From contig CAXXJJ010000001.1 in assembly GCA_963667015.2 (NCBI GenBank), forward strand, positions 1 through 64,000: DNA of 64,000 nt. The letters are read 5' to 3'. Position numbers and translations under genes: made by a program. The DNA is from Desulfatiglandales bacterium (lineage in GTDB: Bacteria > Desulfobacterota > DSM-4660 > Desulfatiglandales > HGW-15). Within the stretch, counting starts at the first letter, position 1; the number at the start of each line of letters is the position of its first letter. The notes under the pieces were generated by a model that made no database searches, had not been told where the DNA came from, and saw only the letters and a list, made by a program, of their open reading frames with translations. Below are positions 9,497-18,472 of the stretch, piece by piece.

Positions 9497-10200
9497 TATA
9501 TCAACCTCCAGCAGATCACGTCCAAACACGGGATTTTTTTCATCATCCGGATGTACAGCATGCCGCCAGGAGGTCACGCCACCTACTGGCAGTTTGGAAA
9601 GCAGGCCCACATCTATCAACCTTGGATCGTTTCCCTCCACAAGTACCCTGTAGGGATATAAATTATCCAGGTCTTCTCTGACGAATTGTTCCAGGATGTT
9701 AATATCCTCAACCTCCTGAACCGCAAGCACATCCACGTTCATATCAAGAATGCGCTGTGATATTAAAAGGCGCTCAGACTCGGGTTTTGCCTTTACCAGC
9801 CCGCCCATAAATTTTCTGATTTTATACATTTGAGGCTTGTCAAAATTGTATAACTCAACTGATCCCATCTCCGTATCACCATTTTTAATGGCCTCAATTT
9901 CTCCTTTAAAGTTATACCGGGAAAACAGATTGTTTAAATTGAATGTTCCTACTGTGACACGCATTTGATATCCTTTCTATTTTCCGGTTTGTTAGAAGTT
10001 TTTTCTCCATATTAAAGATGCAGTGAAAGGTATAATGTATTGGTGTTGAAGAAGGTTAAATATTCTACTAATCAATCGGAAACTTGTACAGGTATTTGTT
10101 GTTATAAAGAAGAGACGAGGCAGGACCTGGAAACATATGTCCCAGGCCGTTTCACCGGGAGGTAAAAAGAAAATCTTACGGGGAATTTAAAAAATCTTTC

Positions 10201-13200
10201 CTAAGGTAAATCCTGTCGATACACGGCCTTCAGCTTTTCATTTTCAAATCCTAAAATCTCAATTCTGGTGATTTTATAGGTAACGTTGGAAAACATCGCA
10301 TTGAGATCCATCTCAATCAGACCTTCCGTAACATTTATAGAGCCCTGGGGGCGGTCATTGAAGATGAAGTCAAGCCGGTTGAGGTTCAGGGTTTTTATTC
10401 TTACATGTGAGAATTTATTACTCTCATCCATATTTTCAATTTCAATGGAATATATTTTTTTTGATGCCAGAATTTCCCCTGCCTTTTCTATCAGGTCTGC
10501 ATTACCGTCCAGCAGATCACGTTTAGTCATAAAGTGTGTATGATCAGGTTTTATGCCAAGGTCCTCAACAGGAACTCCGGAATTTTTTCCAACTCGTAAT
10601 GTCCGCCGAATGGCTACCCTTATATCACTTCCAAGGGGAAGGTCAGTATAGGGGGAGTCGGATTGGTTTACGGATGAAGTGTTTTCAAAAAGGGATTTGA
10701 GCAGACGGTGGGACCATACATTGGCTCCGCCTGCACCGGTGTTGTCACCTGTTCCCAGAATATCGCCGATATTGTGATCCTTAAAACCCGAAGCAAAAAT
10801 ATCCGTTGCACTGTAACAGAGAGCATCGATTATAAGAAGCACAGGGCCATAGTATTTTTGTCCCGTATTATTGCAGGTCTTTTCAGGTGTAATGGGATAC
10901 CCGAGACTGTATACTGCGCCTGTCTCAACAGACTGTTTTATAGACTGAATCCAGGGTTCAAGATCAAGCTCCGGTAAAAGTTTTTGCCTGCATAACTGAA
11001 GATTAACGGTTGAATTAATAAACTGTGAGCGCTGCGGCTCAATATGGTGCGGTGTAAGAGCCTGGAGCAACCTTTCTGCCGCATGGATATGTCCGCCGGG
11101 ATTTCCCCGCACATCAATGATTAAGCCGGATTCAGGCATCATGTCCAGCAGTCGGATAAACTCATCGACAAAACTGTCGGGATCGGACACATTGAAAGAA
11201 AAAATACGGATGTAACCGAATGTTCCACTGGAAGTATTAACCTCTCTTGCTCGGAATACAGAAGGTAAAAAAGTTGATATGCCATCTTTTGTGTTATTAA
11301 TGGCATTGTATTTTCCCTCTGCAGCAGCCTGATTTTCTTTCAGCCAGATGTTTCCTGTATAGATAATTCTTTTTGCCTCTCTTATATTGTCTGTTTTTTC
11401 ATCAAGGCCTATGAACGCGGTTTCGGTAATAAGCCCCTCCGGGTCAAGACTCCGGGCGCCTGTTCCCGGCTCAAACACCAGCCAGTTTTGAGTATACTCG
11501 TGAATCTCTTCATCCTTTCCAAGGTATTTAAGGGTCACCCATTCTTCATCAGGCGGAAATCCATAGGCAAGGGGGCGTATGGTCAGGGCATCTATGCCTC
11601 TGGAATGCCTGGCCGCAAGGTTGCTTCCTGCTCTTCGGTCGGCATTCTGAGTAACCGCCTGATGGATTGACATCCCGTTCCAGTATAAAATCTCGACTCC
11701 AGGTTCGAAGGTATCAGGGCCGACACCGGGCATCACCTTGGAAACCATGTATTTACGATGGTCATGTTCACGGTATTCCTCAATGATATATGGAAGCCAT
11801 GCTGTCTTTCCCTTAAAAGGACGGGGAAGTTGATAACTTGTGTGTAAGTCCCGAAGGGAGTTAAATATATCGGTCAACTCATTATGGAATTCTATTTCCG
11901 GCCTCAGGTCAGATTGTTTAAGCTCTTCCAGACGGTGCAGAAACAGTTTCAATCTTTGTACAGGGTCAACCGCGTGCATTGCTCGTTTCATGGGCAGATG
12001 CACATAATTTTCTTCTATCACAAGCAGAGCCTGCTTAACTATTGTCTTTCTATCGGCAAGGGAGAGTTCTCCCCATGTCCTTAAGAAGGTTCTAAGCTCC
12101 TGCGTTGTAGAAATAAGGGGTGACGGGAGAGGCTCGCCGGGCTGATTTAAAAAATCCGCACTTTCAGGTAATGGAATGGTTTTACCATAAAGAGGAGGAA
12201 GGCCGGTTTTAACAAATTCAGGCAGGTTGCGGGCAGCCACCAGGCGGGGTAATAAATCCTTGTCATCAGCCACTGTAATCTCTTCTAGTATCATTGGCGA
12301 CACATAGGATGCCAGCGGCTGGGCAGCAAGCGCTGCCTCATCTGTATCTTCTTCTTCAATATCCATGAATACCCGCCAGGCAGATCCACCTGCATCTTTA
12401 CTGCCCCCTAAAAAGCCAGACAGGCTGCCGTTGTCCAGATCTTCTGCAAGCTCTGGCAGCCGGTTCATTGCATCTGCAAGACGTTTTGTTGCCTCCTTTA
12501 ATGTAAGATCACGGACAAGGGGGTGTGTTGTTTCCTGCGCAAGGTTTAATACACGCGTTGAACGGCTAATCTTTATTTCTTCCGTTCCCGCGCCGAAGGA
12601 TTCCATAAGTCGTTTCTGCCCCAGTCTCGGAAAGCCGTTAATTATCACAAGCGTCAGAGATGTTTCTCTTGCTTCAATAAGCCGCAAATAGTCATCTCCT
12701 TTCTGGCCGTTTATCACGATCAGATCTGCCCGCTTGCCAGGTTCAATAGAACCTAACAATCCGTCCCATTTGAGAATTTTTGCAGCATTGATCGTAGCCA
12801 TCTCAACAAGTTCCTTTGCTGTAAAAACCGGGACCTGTTCTTCTCCCTGCGCATTGCTTGCAAGCCATGCGACCTTTAATTCTCCAAGCATATTCTTGCT
12901 GCCGCTGGGTGCCCAGTCCGAACCCATTCCCATAAGAATACCGCTTTTTTTTGCTGCGTGCAGATCCACAGTTTGCCCGTATAGCAGGTAATTACTCAAA
13001 GGGGACCATACCATTGATCCGCCTTTCTGATGAATAATATCAAAATCCTGTTCATTTAATGCAGTACTGTGGATTCCGCAAAAGGCATCATTAAGTGCCC
13101 AGTTGTCATCATCTATCTTAAGACGCAAAAACCAGCTGCGTGCTGTATCATCTGTTCCTTCACTGATGTGCTGAAGATAACATGTATGTTTATTAAGATT

Positions 13201-13773
13201 TGTCAGATATTTTTCAGCGCCGCTGGTAGAAGGGTTGGCGATTTTCGTTCCTGCCTGTGGAAGAAGATCATCTTTTGTCTGTTCCACATTACGCACAATC
13301 CCCTGGTAATAGGTTTTAATCCCGGGGGCAGAAGCCAGTGTAATTCCCTGGGAGGTAGTGGTTCCGCCTAAAAGACATTTACATTCTACAAAACGAACCA
13401 GCGCCTCAACAACACCATCAGTACGGCCGAGCACCTGAGATGGTTTTGTTATCATTCGCCTGTAGTCTTCATGATTTTTCCACTGGCCGTTATTGGTGTA
13501 TTTTTGAGGGACATCCCACAGGGGCATGGCGTTGTAGCAGAGATGATTATGCAGCTCAATCAGGCCCGGATAAATTGTATCTCCTGTATTGATATGCGGA
13601 GCGTCTTCAAAACCAGAAGGCGGAGCCTTGCTGGCCTTTTGTACGGCCCTGATTTCTCCTTTATCAATATAGATGGCCCCTCTTGAGATTACTCCTTGAA
13701 GTCCCATGGTAACAATCTTTCCCTCAAGAACATATTTGGGACCTGTCATGGGATCAATAATAACATCTGGCAT
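10201..13773 (-). CDS. Amidohydrolase fused to an S41 (tail-specific protease-like) peptidase domain
   Basis: N-half PGLIELHNH, HISEG, GIHS, GSDW, GSIEPGKRADL; C-half GYIRIFSF, IIDVRGNPGG, CYSATDIF, TGAGGAN, GIKPD. Confidence 0.85.
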   Translation of the reverse strand: MPDVIIDPMTGPKYVLEGKIVTMGLQGVISRGAIYIDKGEIRAVQKASKAPPSGFEDAPHINTGDTIYPGLIELHNHLCYNAMPLWDVPQKYTNNGQWKNHEDYRRMITKPSQVLGRTDGVVEALVRFVECKCLLGGTTTSQGITLASAPGIKTYYQGIVRNVEQTKDDLLPQAGTKIANPSTSGAEKYLTNLNKHTCYLQHISEGTDDTARSWFLRLKIDDDNWALNDAFCGIHSTALNEQDFDIIHQKGGSMVWSPLSNYLLYGQTVDLHAAKKSGILMGMGSDWAPSGSKNMLGELKVAWLASNAQGEEQVPVFTAKELVEMATINAAKILKWDGLLGSIEPGKRADLIVINGQKGDDYLRLIEARETSLTLVIINGFPRLGQKRLMESFGAGTEEIKISRSTRVLNLAQETTHPLVRDLTLKEATKRLADAMNRLPELAEDLDNGSLSGFLGGSKDAGGSAWRVFMDIEEEDTDEAALAAQPLASYVSPMILEEITVADDKDLLPRLVAARNLPEFVKTGLPPLYGKTIPLPESADFLNQPGEPLPSPLISTTQELRTFLRTWGELSLADRKTIVKQALLVIEENYVHLPMKRAMHAVDPVQRLKLFLHRLEELKQSDLRPEIEFHNELTDIFNSLRDLHTSYQLPRPFKGKTAWLPYIIEEYREHDHRKYMVSKVMPGVGPDTFEPGVEILYWNGMSIHQAVTQNADRRAGSNLAARHSRGIDALTIRPLAYGFPPDEEWVTLKYLGKDEEIHEYTQNWLVFEPGTGARSLDPEGLITETAFIGLDEKTDNIREAKRIIYTGNIWLKENQAAAEGKYNAINNTKDGISTFLPSVFRAREVNTSSGTFGYIRIFSFNVSDPDSFVDEFIRLLDMMPESGLIIDVRGNPGGHIHAAERLLQALTPHHIEPQRSQFINSTVNLQLCRQKLLPELDLEPWIQSIKQSVETGAVYSLGYPITPEKTCNNTGQKYYGPVLLIIDALCYSATDIFASGFKDHNIGDILGTGDNTGAGGANVWSHRLLKSLFENTSSVNQSDSPYTDLPLGSDIRVAIRRTLRVGKNSGVPVEDLGIKPDHTHFMTKRDLLDGNADLIEKAGEILASKKIYSIEIENMDESNKFSHVRIKTLNLNRLDFIFNDRPQGSINVTEGLIEMDLNAMFSNVTYKITRIEILGFENEKLKAVYRQDLP

Positions 13774-13789
13774 ATGAAACCTCTCTTTT

Positions 13790-14101
13790 TTATCCTGTAA
13801 AGTTAATTAAATTCCTCCGAAAATCTATCCACTGCTTATCAACAATCATGAAATTTCTTCTTCTCATTGAAATTGAATTAACCTTCACATTTTCCAAAAC
13901 AATGCGGGTTCCTATCAAAAAACGCCGGCGTACCTGATTAAGGGACATGTAAGCACCGGAAGCGGACGTTCTTTGCAGAAAAAGAGGTGTTTTATCTTTT
14001 GAACCTGTTAAAGATCTTGGATAACAACTGGAGGACTCATCTGTATTGTTTTTCTGCTGCCGGCTGTTTTTAATGGATTTTATTAACTCTGAAAATGACA
14101 T
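13790..14101 (-). pseudogene. Short ORF with a PLFLQR cargo-leader-like motif; probable truncated remnant
   Basis: KTPLFLQRT matches the leader motif of the three upstream cargo genes; no recognisable domain follows. Confidence 0.35.
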
Positions 14102-14195
14102 GTTTTACACCATCAAAATAGATGAAGCGTATTCTCTAAATCATAAATAAAACAAGATCAGGTTGTGACACGTGCGGAATTTATTTAACTAAAAA

Positions 14196-15563
14196 TTACG
14201 GTATAGCACTGCCTCCGCCACTACAATAATTTGTGCCTCTAAGCTGATCTATCGTTGGACTGCCGACACAGTCCGTTTGCTGAATTGTAAACAGGCGTGC
14301 TCTGTCAAGATAGTCATTGAGGTCATGCCTGTAGAGGGAAATAGCTGCAAGGAAGACAAATCGCGTATCTCCATCGCGACCGGAAAAAGTAGGAAGCTGA
14401 TGACTTCCTAAATAACCCAGCAAGTCATCATAATGACAGTGTTCGTGGAATCCCAGAGTTGTATTGCCTGCCCGAATATCGTCGGGTGTAGTTCCTCTGC
14501 CATAACCGGCACGGATCGTTCTGAAAGCATTTGGACCATAATTCGTTTGGAGAGTTACTGTAGCCTGGCCGGGAGGACTAATTAACCGGACCCGTCCCCC
14601 TTCTCCCAGCTCATATTCAACTCCTTCATTTTGCAAACTAAACCCTGTTATTGCATCTCCAGTCAGACTTTGATCGCTAGATGTACCATCAGGGAGAACT
14701 ATCACCTGAAATTGACCGACGCTCAATTGATAACCGCCACCAGGGGCTCTTCGAGCTCCGCGACTAGGGGGCCTGGTATACTGTGGTATCTGTTCTCGCT
14801 GGATTCGGGCTGTCTGCCCATTCTGTTGAATTATATGCGTTAATTCATGTGCAAGCAGCCTTTTTCCTTCACCGGTTTCAGGATGGTACTGATCTGATCC
14901 AAAAAAAATATCCCGCCCGGTAGTGAATGCTCTTGCATTAATGGCTCTTGCAGCACTGGCAGCTTCCGGGTTTGAATGAACCCTGACAGTGTTAAAATTG
15001 TATCCAAAGCGAGATTTAAAAAATGAGAGATTTGGTTTGGATATTTGCACCCCTCCGCTTTTTAGGGATTGGATATTTGATGAAACAACAGAAGGAATCA
15101 TTGAGATTGCTCTTTGATTGGCTTTGGTCTGAACTGGTTCCTCTTCATCCTCGTCAGTATCAGACTGTCTTTGAATCAGTGGGGAGGCCCTGTCGGAAAT
15201 CGGCCTGCTTTGTATTTCTTCTTTATCCCCACAAGAGGAACCACTGGCGAATGGTCATGATGAACGTTGAACATCAGGCTCCGGCATTCTCATCACCTGA
15301 TCGGCAACCCGGTCAGCTTCCTGTTCATAAATATCATCCGGTTGTCCGACTATCAGCTTAGTTTGAATAAGCTCTTCCTCATCTTCCTCCACCTGTCTCT
15401 GAATTATATTTGAGGATAAAGTAGAAGATGCTCCTGATTTTAAAAACAAAGGAATACCATTTTTATGATTATGGATATTCGATGGGTTTTGAGCTGATAC
15501 AATAGCATTTTTTTGCTGATGTGATTTTAATCTTTCTGGTCTTTCTGTAAAGAATGATGGCAT
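14196..15563 (-). CDS. DUF4157 (eCIS core) domain protein with QR-motif leader and one in-frame TGA at 15255-15257 (nonsense or selenocysteine)
   Basis: ORFs 15255-15563 and 14196-15101 are in the same frame, joined by 51 open codons; YEQEADRVADQV, NARAFTTGRDIFFG, LLAHELTHIIQQ. Confidence 0.8.
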
Positions 15564-15659
15564 CTTGATTCCTTTATAAAAAAATTTATTTGACTTCCTA
15601 TCTGTTTCTATTGCAGGCCCATTCAGGCAAAAAAATATGAGTTAAAAGACTTTTAAAAG

Positions 15660-16673
15660 TTACATAAGAACTTTACGAAGACCCTGTCTATTTTCAACAA
15701 TTCGCATTTCACCGACTTCTATACCAAACTTTAGTATTGTTTCCGGTATTTTCAAAAATACAAGAGAAGAGCCTATAATACCCCCTAACAATGGAATTTC
15801 CTCACCTAGCTCTGCTAATGCTCTAAATATCCGGGCCGCTGCTTGGACTCCTTTCTCACCGCCGGGCATTGTCTTTGAACCCTCCTGAAGTTCATATATC
15901 AGTATTCCAATTTTGCTTATTTTTTTTTGTGCGTCCAGTGTCTGACTTAGGGGTCTAGATATTTTCTGTAACCCAGACCTGAGATTTAATACCTTTTGTT
16001 TCGTTTCGCCTTTTGTAATATATTCAGCCTTTTCCAGCCAGGAATCGACACTTTCCAAAATATCAGAAGAGTCTTCAATCTTAGCCAGTATTTCTTCCGA
16101 TGTAAGGGGCTTATTGCTTTTGAGTTCTTCTTCTGGAATTATTATTCCCTCTGGAATTTTTGTAAGAGAAGGGGAAACAAGTTTTGTAGAAATTGGTCCT
16201 ACAGTACCAGTGGGAGAAATATGAAATTCTATTTTATATTTATATTTTTTGTTTAATACTGCTCGTGCTGGTAAACCATACCATTTATCCAGGAGATAAA
16301 GATGATCTGCAAGTTTAAGGGATACCTGCATAACATTAAATTTGACACCTTTCTTTTTCTGTAAAGTCCATAACCAATGTTGAAGCTTTTCAGTGCGGAA
16401 TGGCAACCAAAAATCTTTATCCTTACATGTATATACAAAATCTTTTTTCATATGAAACATATTGGAAGAAGTTGCTTTTTCATCAGCTCCAGATTCTTTC
16501 TCACGCTGAATAATATCAGGCGATAAGCGAGAGCCGGTCCTGGGCAGCAGAAAACCGGGTATTCCATTTTGGGGATCTTTATCTGATGACAAAATTATTT
16601 TAGAAGAAGTTCCGGTTTTAACTCTTTGGTGAGATGTTAATCTGTCCGATTTTTTTGTCCAGGATAATGGCAT
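15660..16673 (-). CDS. Putative eCIS cargo protein (QR leader, no DUF4157)
   Basis: Leader NGIPGFLL...IIQR homologous to the next gene's leader; helical C-terminus with a hydrophobic segment. Confidence 0.65.
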   Translation of the reverse strand: MPLSWTKKSDRLTSHQRVKTGTSSKIILSSDKDPQNGIPGFLLPRTGSRLSPDIIQREKESGADEKATSSNMFHMKKDFVYTCKDKDFWLPFRTEKLQHWLWTLQKKKGVKFNVMQVSLKLADHLYLLDKWYGLPARAVLNKKYKYKIEFHISPTGTVGPISTKLVSPSLTKIPEGIIIPEEELKSNKPLTSEEILAKIEDSSDILESVDSWLEKAEYITKGETKQKVLNLRSGLQKISRPLSQTLDAQKKISKIGILIYELQEGSKTMPGGEKGVQAAARIFRALAELGEEIPLLGGIIGSSLVFLKIPETILKFGIEVGEMRIVENRQGLRKVLM

Positions 16674-16761
16674 TTTTTTATCCTTAAAAAAGGTGAGGAA
16701 ATGTTTAAAAGTAGGAGATTAAAAAATGAAACATCTTTTTATAATGAGTAGGGTTCCATCA

Positions 16762-18444
16762 TTATGGTGTCTGCAGCCCTCTCAAGCCCCTGGTAACTCT
16801 CACATCTCTAAAGAACAGTAGGTGTTCTCGCAGGATCTGCGGATCAGGAGTACGGACTCCGAGTTGCTGCCACTCTCTTGATATTCTTTCGGCAATCAGT
16901 AACCATTCAAAAAGGTGCATTGCTCTCCGACCCTGTGGTGTGAGAGTAACTTCATTACTGGATTGATTTGTCGTATAAAGGGCAGGGGGCAATGTCTGGA
17001 ACCATGTCCAGAAGATGTTGCTGGTCTGTTGGGCTATTTGAGCAGCGCTGGTACCGTATATAGTTCCAAAATGAGTAGTTGGGCCTGCAGGACGAGCACC
17101 TCCAGCCCGGCGACGATGAAAATTGACCATAGTATTGTCATAGTTAAAATAGCTTTGATTACTCACACGGACCGAATTAATCATCTGGGTTGCTACCATG
17201 TTTCGGGCGGCTAGTGCAGCGCTTACCTGATCCACTCCAGGAACCTGATAACCTGATGTCATTTGTTGGACAATAAAGGATTCCTCATATGTGAGTTTGG
17301 GTAAACCACTCATAAAGGAAGCCCTGACCTCAGCATCCCGTGCGGCCCACCAACGGTTACGTGCTCTTTGACCTGATGGCGGCCTGATCCCGCTCGCCGG
17401 TGTAGGATGTGTGATATTGTGCGCCTGCCCAGCTGGGCTTGCTGCAATTTCATCCATAATTTCATCTTCGAGTTGTCTCGTTTGAGCTTCTTCTCTGACG
17501 CGTCCTCTAACAATCCGCTTAACACGACCTCCACTTCCCATTAATCCCGGGGCTTTGTGACTGGCATGCACCATTTCGTGGACAGTTCGACGGAGAACTT
17601 CACGCAGTGTAGCGGAAGTTACATCAACTTCTACAAGATCTACCGTTCGGGTACCCAGTCTATGCCCAGGGCGGAAATGACTTCCTCTAGCGGGGGTCTG
17701 ATGAAAGTCAATATGAAAGGGTGTAACTCTTGGTCTGGCCTGACCTCGGTTTCGGGAACGTGGAGCTGTTACGAAGTAGTGCTGTTCGACTCTCCGTGCA
17801 ACATATCGGAAGCAATTGGATGCGGATAGCAGGTCAATGACAGTGTTCGGATTAAATCGAGGTACAGGTGTGGATGTTGGGTGTTGTCGGTAAGTAATTC
17901 GGCTCAGGTCCTGACGAAGCTGTTGAGCTATAGCGCTAGCAGAAAAGTTGAAAACTGTATTTCGACATCTTCGTTGTATGGTTGGAATACTTTTTCTATT
18001 ATGTTGTTGTACAACGTGGGTCATTTCATGAGCCAATAAACTCCTGCCATGATTGCTTTGAGGCTGGTATTCGTTAGCGCCAAACACGATGTCTTTACCT
18101 GTCGTAAAAGCACGGGCATTAAAAGTGTGAGCCATATCCTGGGCTATTTCATTAGTATGTATGCGAATACCTGAAAAATCATACCCGAAACGTCTTTCCA
18201 TTTGACCTCGTACAGGATCTGGTAGTGGAAGTCCAGTGCCCCGAAGCGACTGAAGATTTAATTCTAGATCATCTGTTCTTTCCACCGGGGCATCACATGT
18301 GCTCTGACGTTGCAGAAACATAGGGATTCCTGACTCAGGAATCTTTTCTTTCTCTAGATCCACGATATTCTCCTGGACAAGAGAATTTGACAGTGTTGTT
18401 CTATTTTCTGAATCTTTTTGTGGTAACGCTGGCGCTGTTTTCAT
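16762..18444 (-). CDS. DUF4157 (eCIS core) domain protein with a C-terminal HExxH domain
   Basis: GLPLPDPVRGQMERRFGYDFSGIRIH, NARAFTTGKDIVFG, LLAHEMTHVVQQ, IQRR, second motif HEMVH. Confidence 0.85.
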   Translation of the reverse strand: MKTAPALPQKDSENRTTLSNSLVQENIVDLEKEKIPESGIPMFLQRQSTCDAPVERTDDLELNLQSLRGTGLPLPDPVRGQMERRFGYDFSGIRIHTNEIAQDMAHTFNARAFTTGKDIVFGANEYQPQSNHGRSLLAHEMTHVVQQHNRKSIPTIQRRCRNTVFNFSASAIAQQLRQDLSRITYRQHPTSTPVPRFNPNTVIDLLSASNCFRYVARRVEQHYFVTAPRSRNRGQARPRVTPFHIDFHQTPARGSHFRPGHRLGTRTVDLVEVDVTSATLREVLRRTVHEMVHASHKAPGLMGSGGRVKRIVRGRVREEAQTRQLEDEIMDEIAASPAGQAHNITHPTPASGIRPPSGQRARNRWWAARDAEVRASFMSGLPKLTYEESFIVQQMTSGYQVPGVDQVSAALAARNMVATQMINSVRVSNQSYFNYDNTMVNFHRRRAGGARPAGPTTHFGTIYGTSAAQIAQQTSNIFWTWFQTLPPALYTTNQSSNEVTLTPQGRRAMHLFEWLLIAERISREWQQLGVRTPDPQILREHLLFFRDVRVTRGLRGLQTP

Positions 18445-18472
18445 GTTTTTGGGAAAGAAGAGGTTTTTAGGA

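Larger units (their letters stand above)
7877..9964 (-). pseudogene. Endonuclease/exonuclease/phosphatase (EEP) family gene interrupted by IS630
   Basis: 5' part has TFNLNNLF, DVLAVQEVE, EGNDPRLIDVG; 3' part has NHLKS, LGDMND, LFDQIW, GSDHDP; removing 8380-9498 restores a 322-aa frame (EVDIYNHTR). Confidence 0.88.

Noticed and set aside
9413..9498. C-terminal tail of the 183-aa ORF 9413-9964
   Set aside because: Read-through into the IS630 right end, not native protein
10120..10150. Hairpin CCTGG...CCAGG after the amidohydrolase gene as a terminator
   Set aside because: The stem is imperfect and lacks an immediate U-tract, too weak to list as a feature
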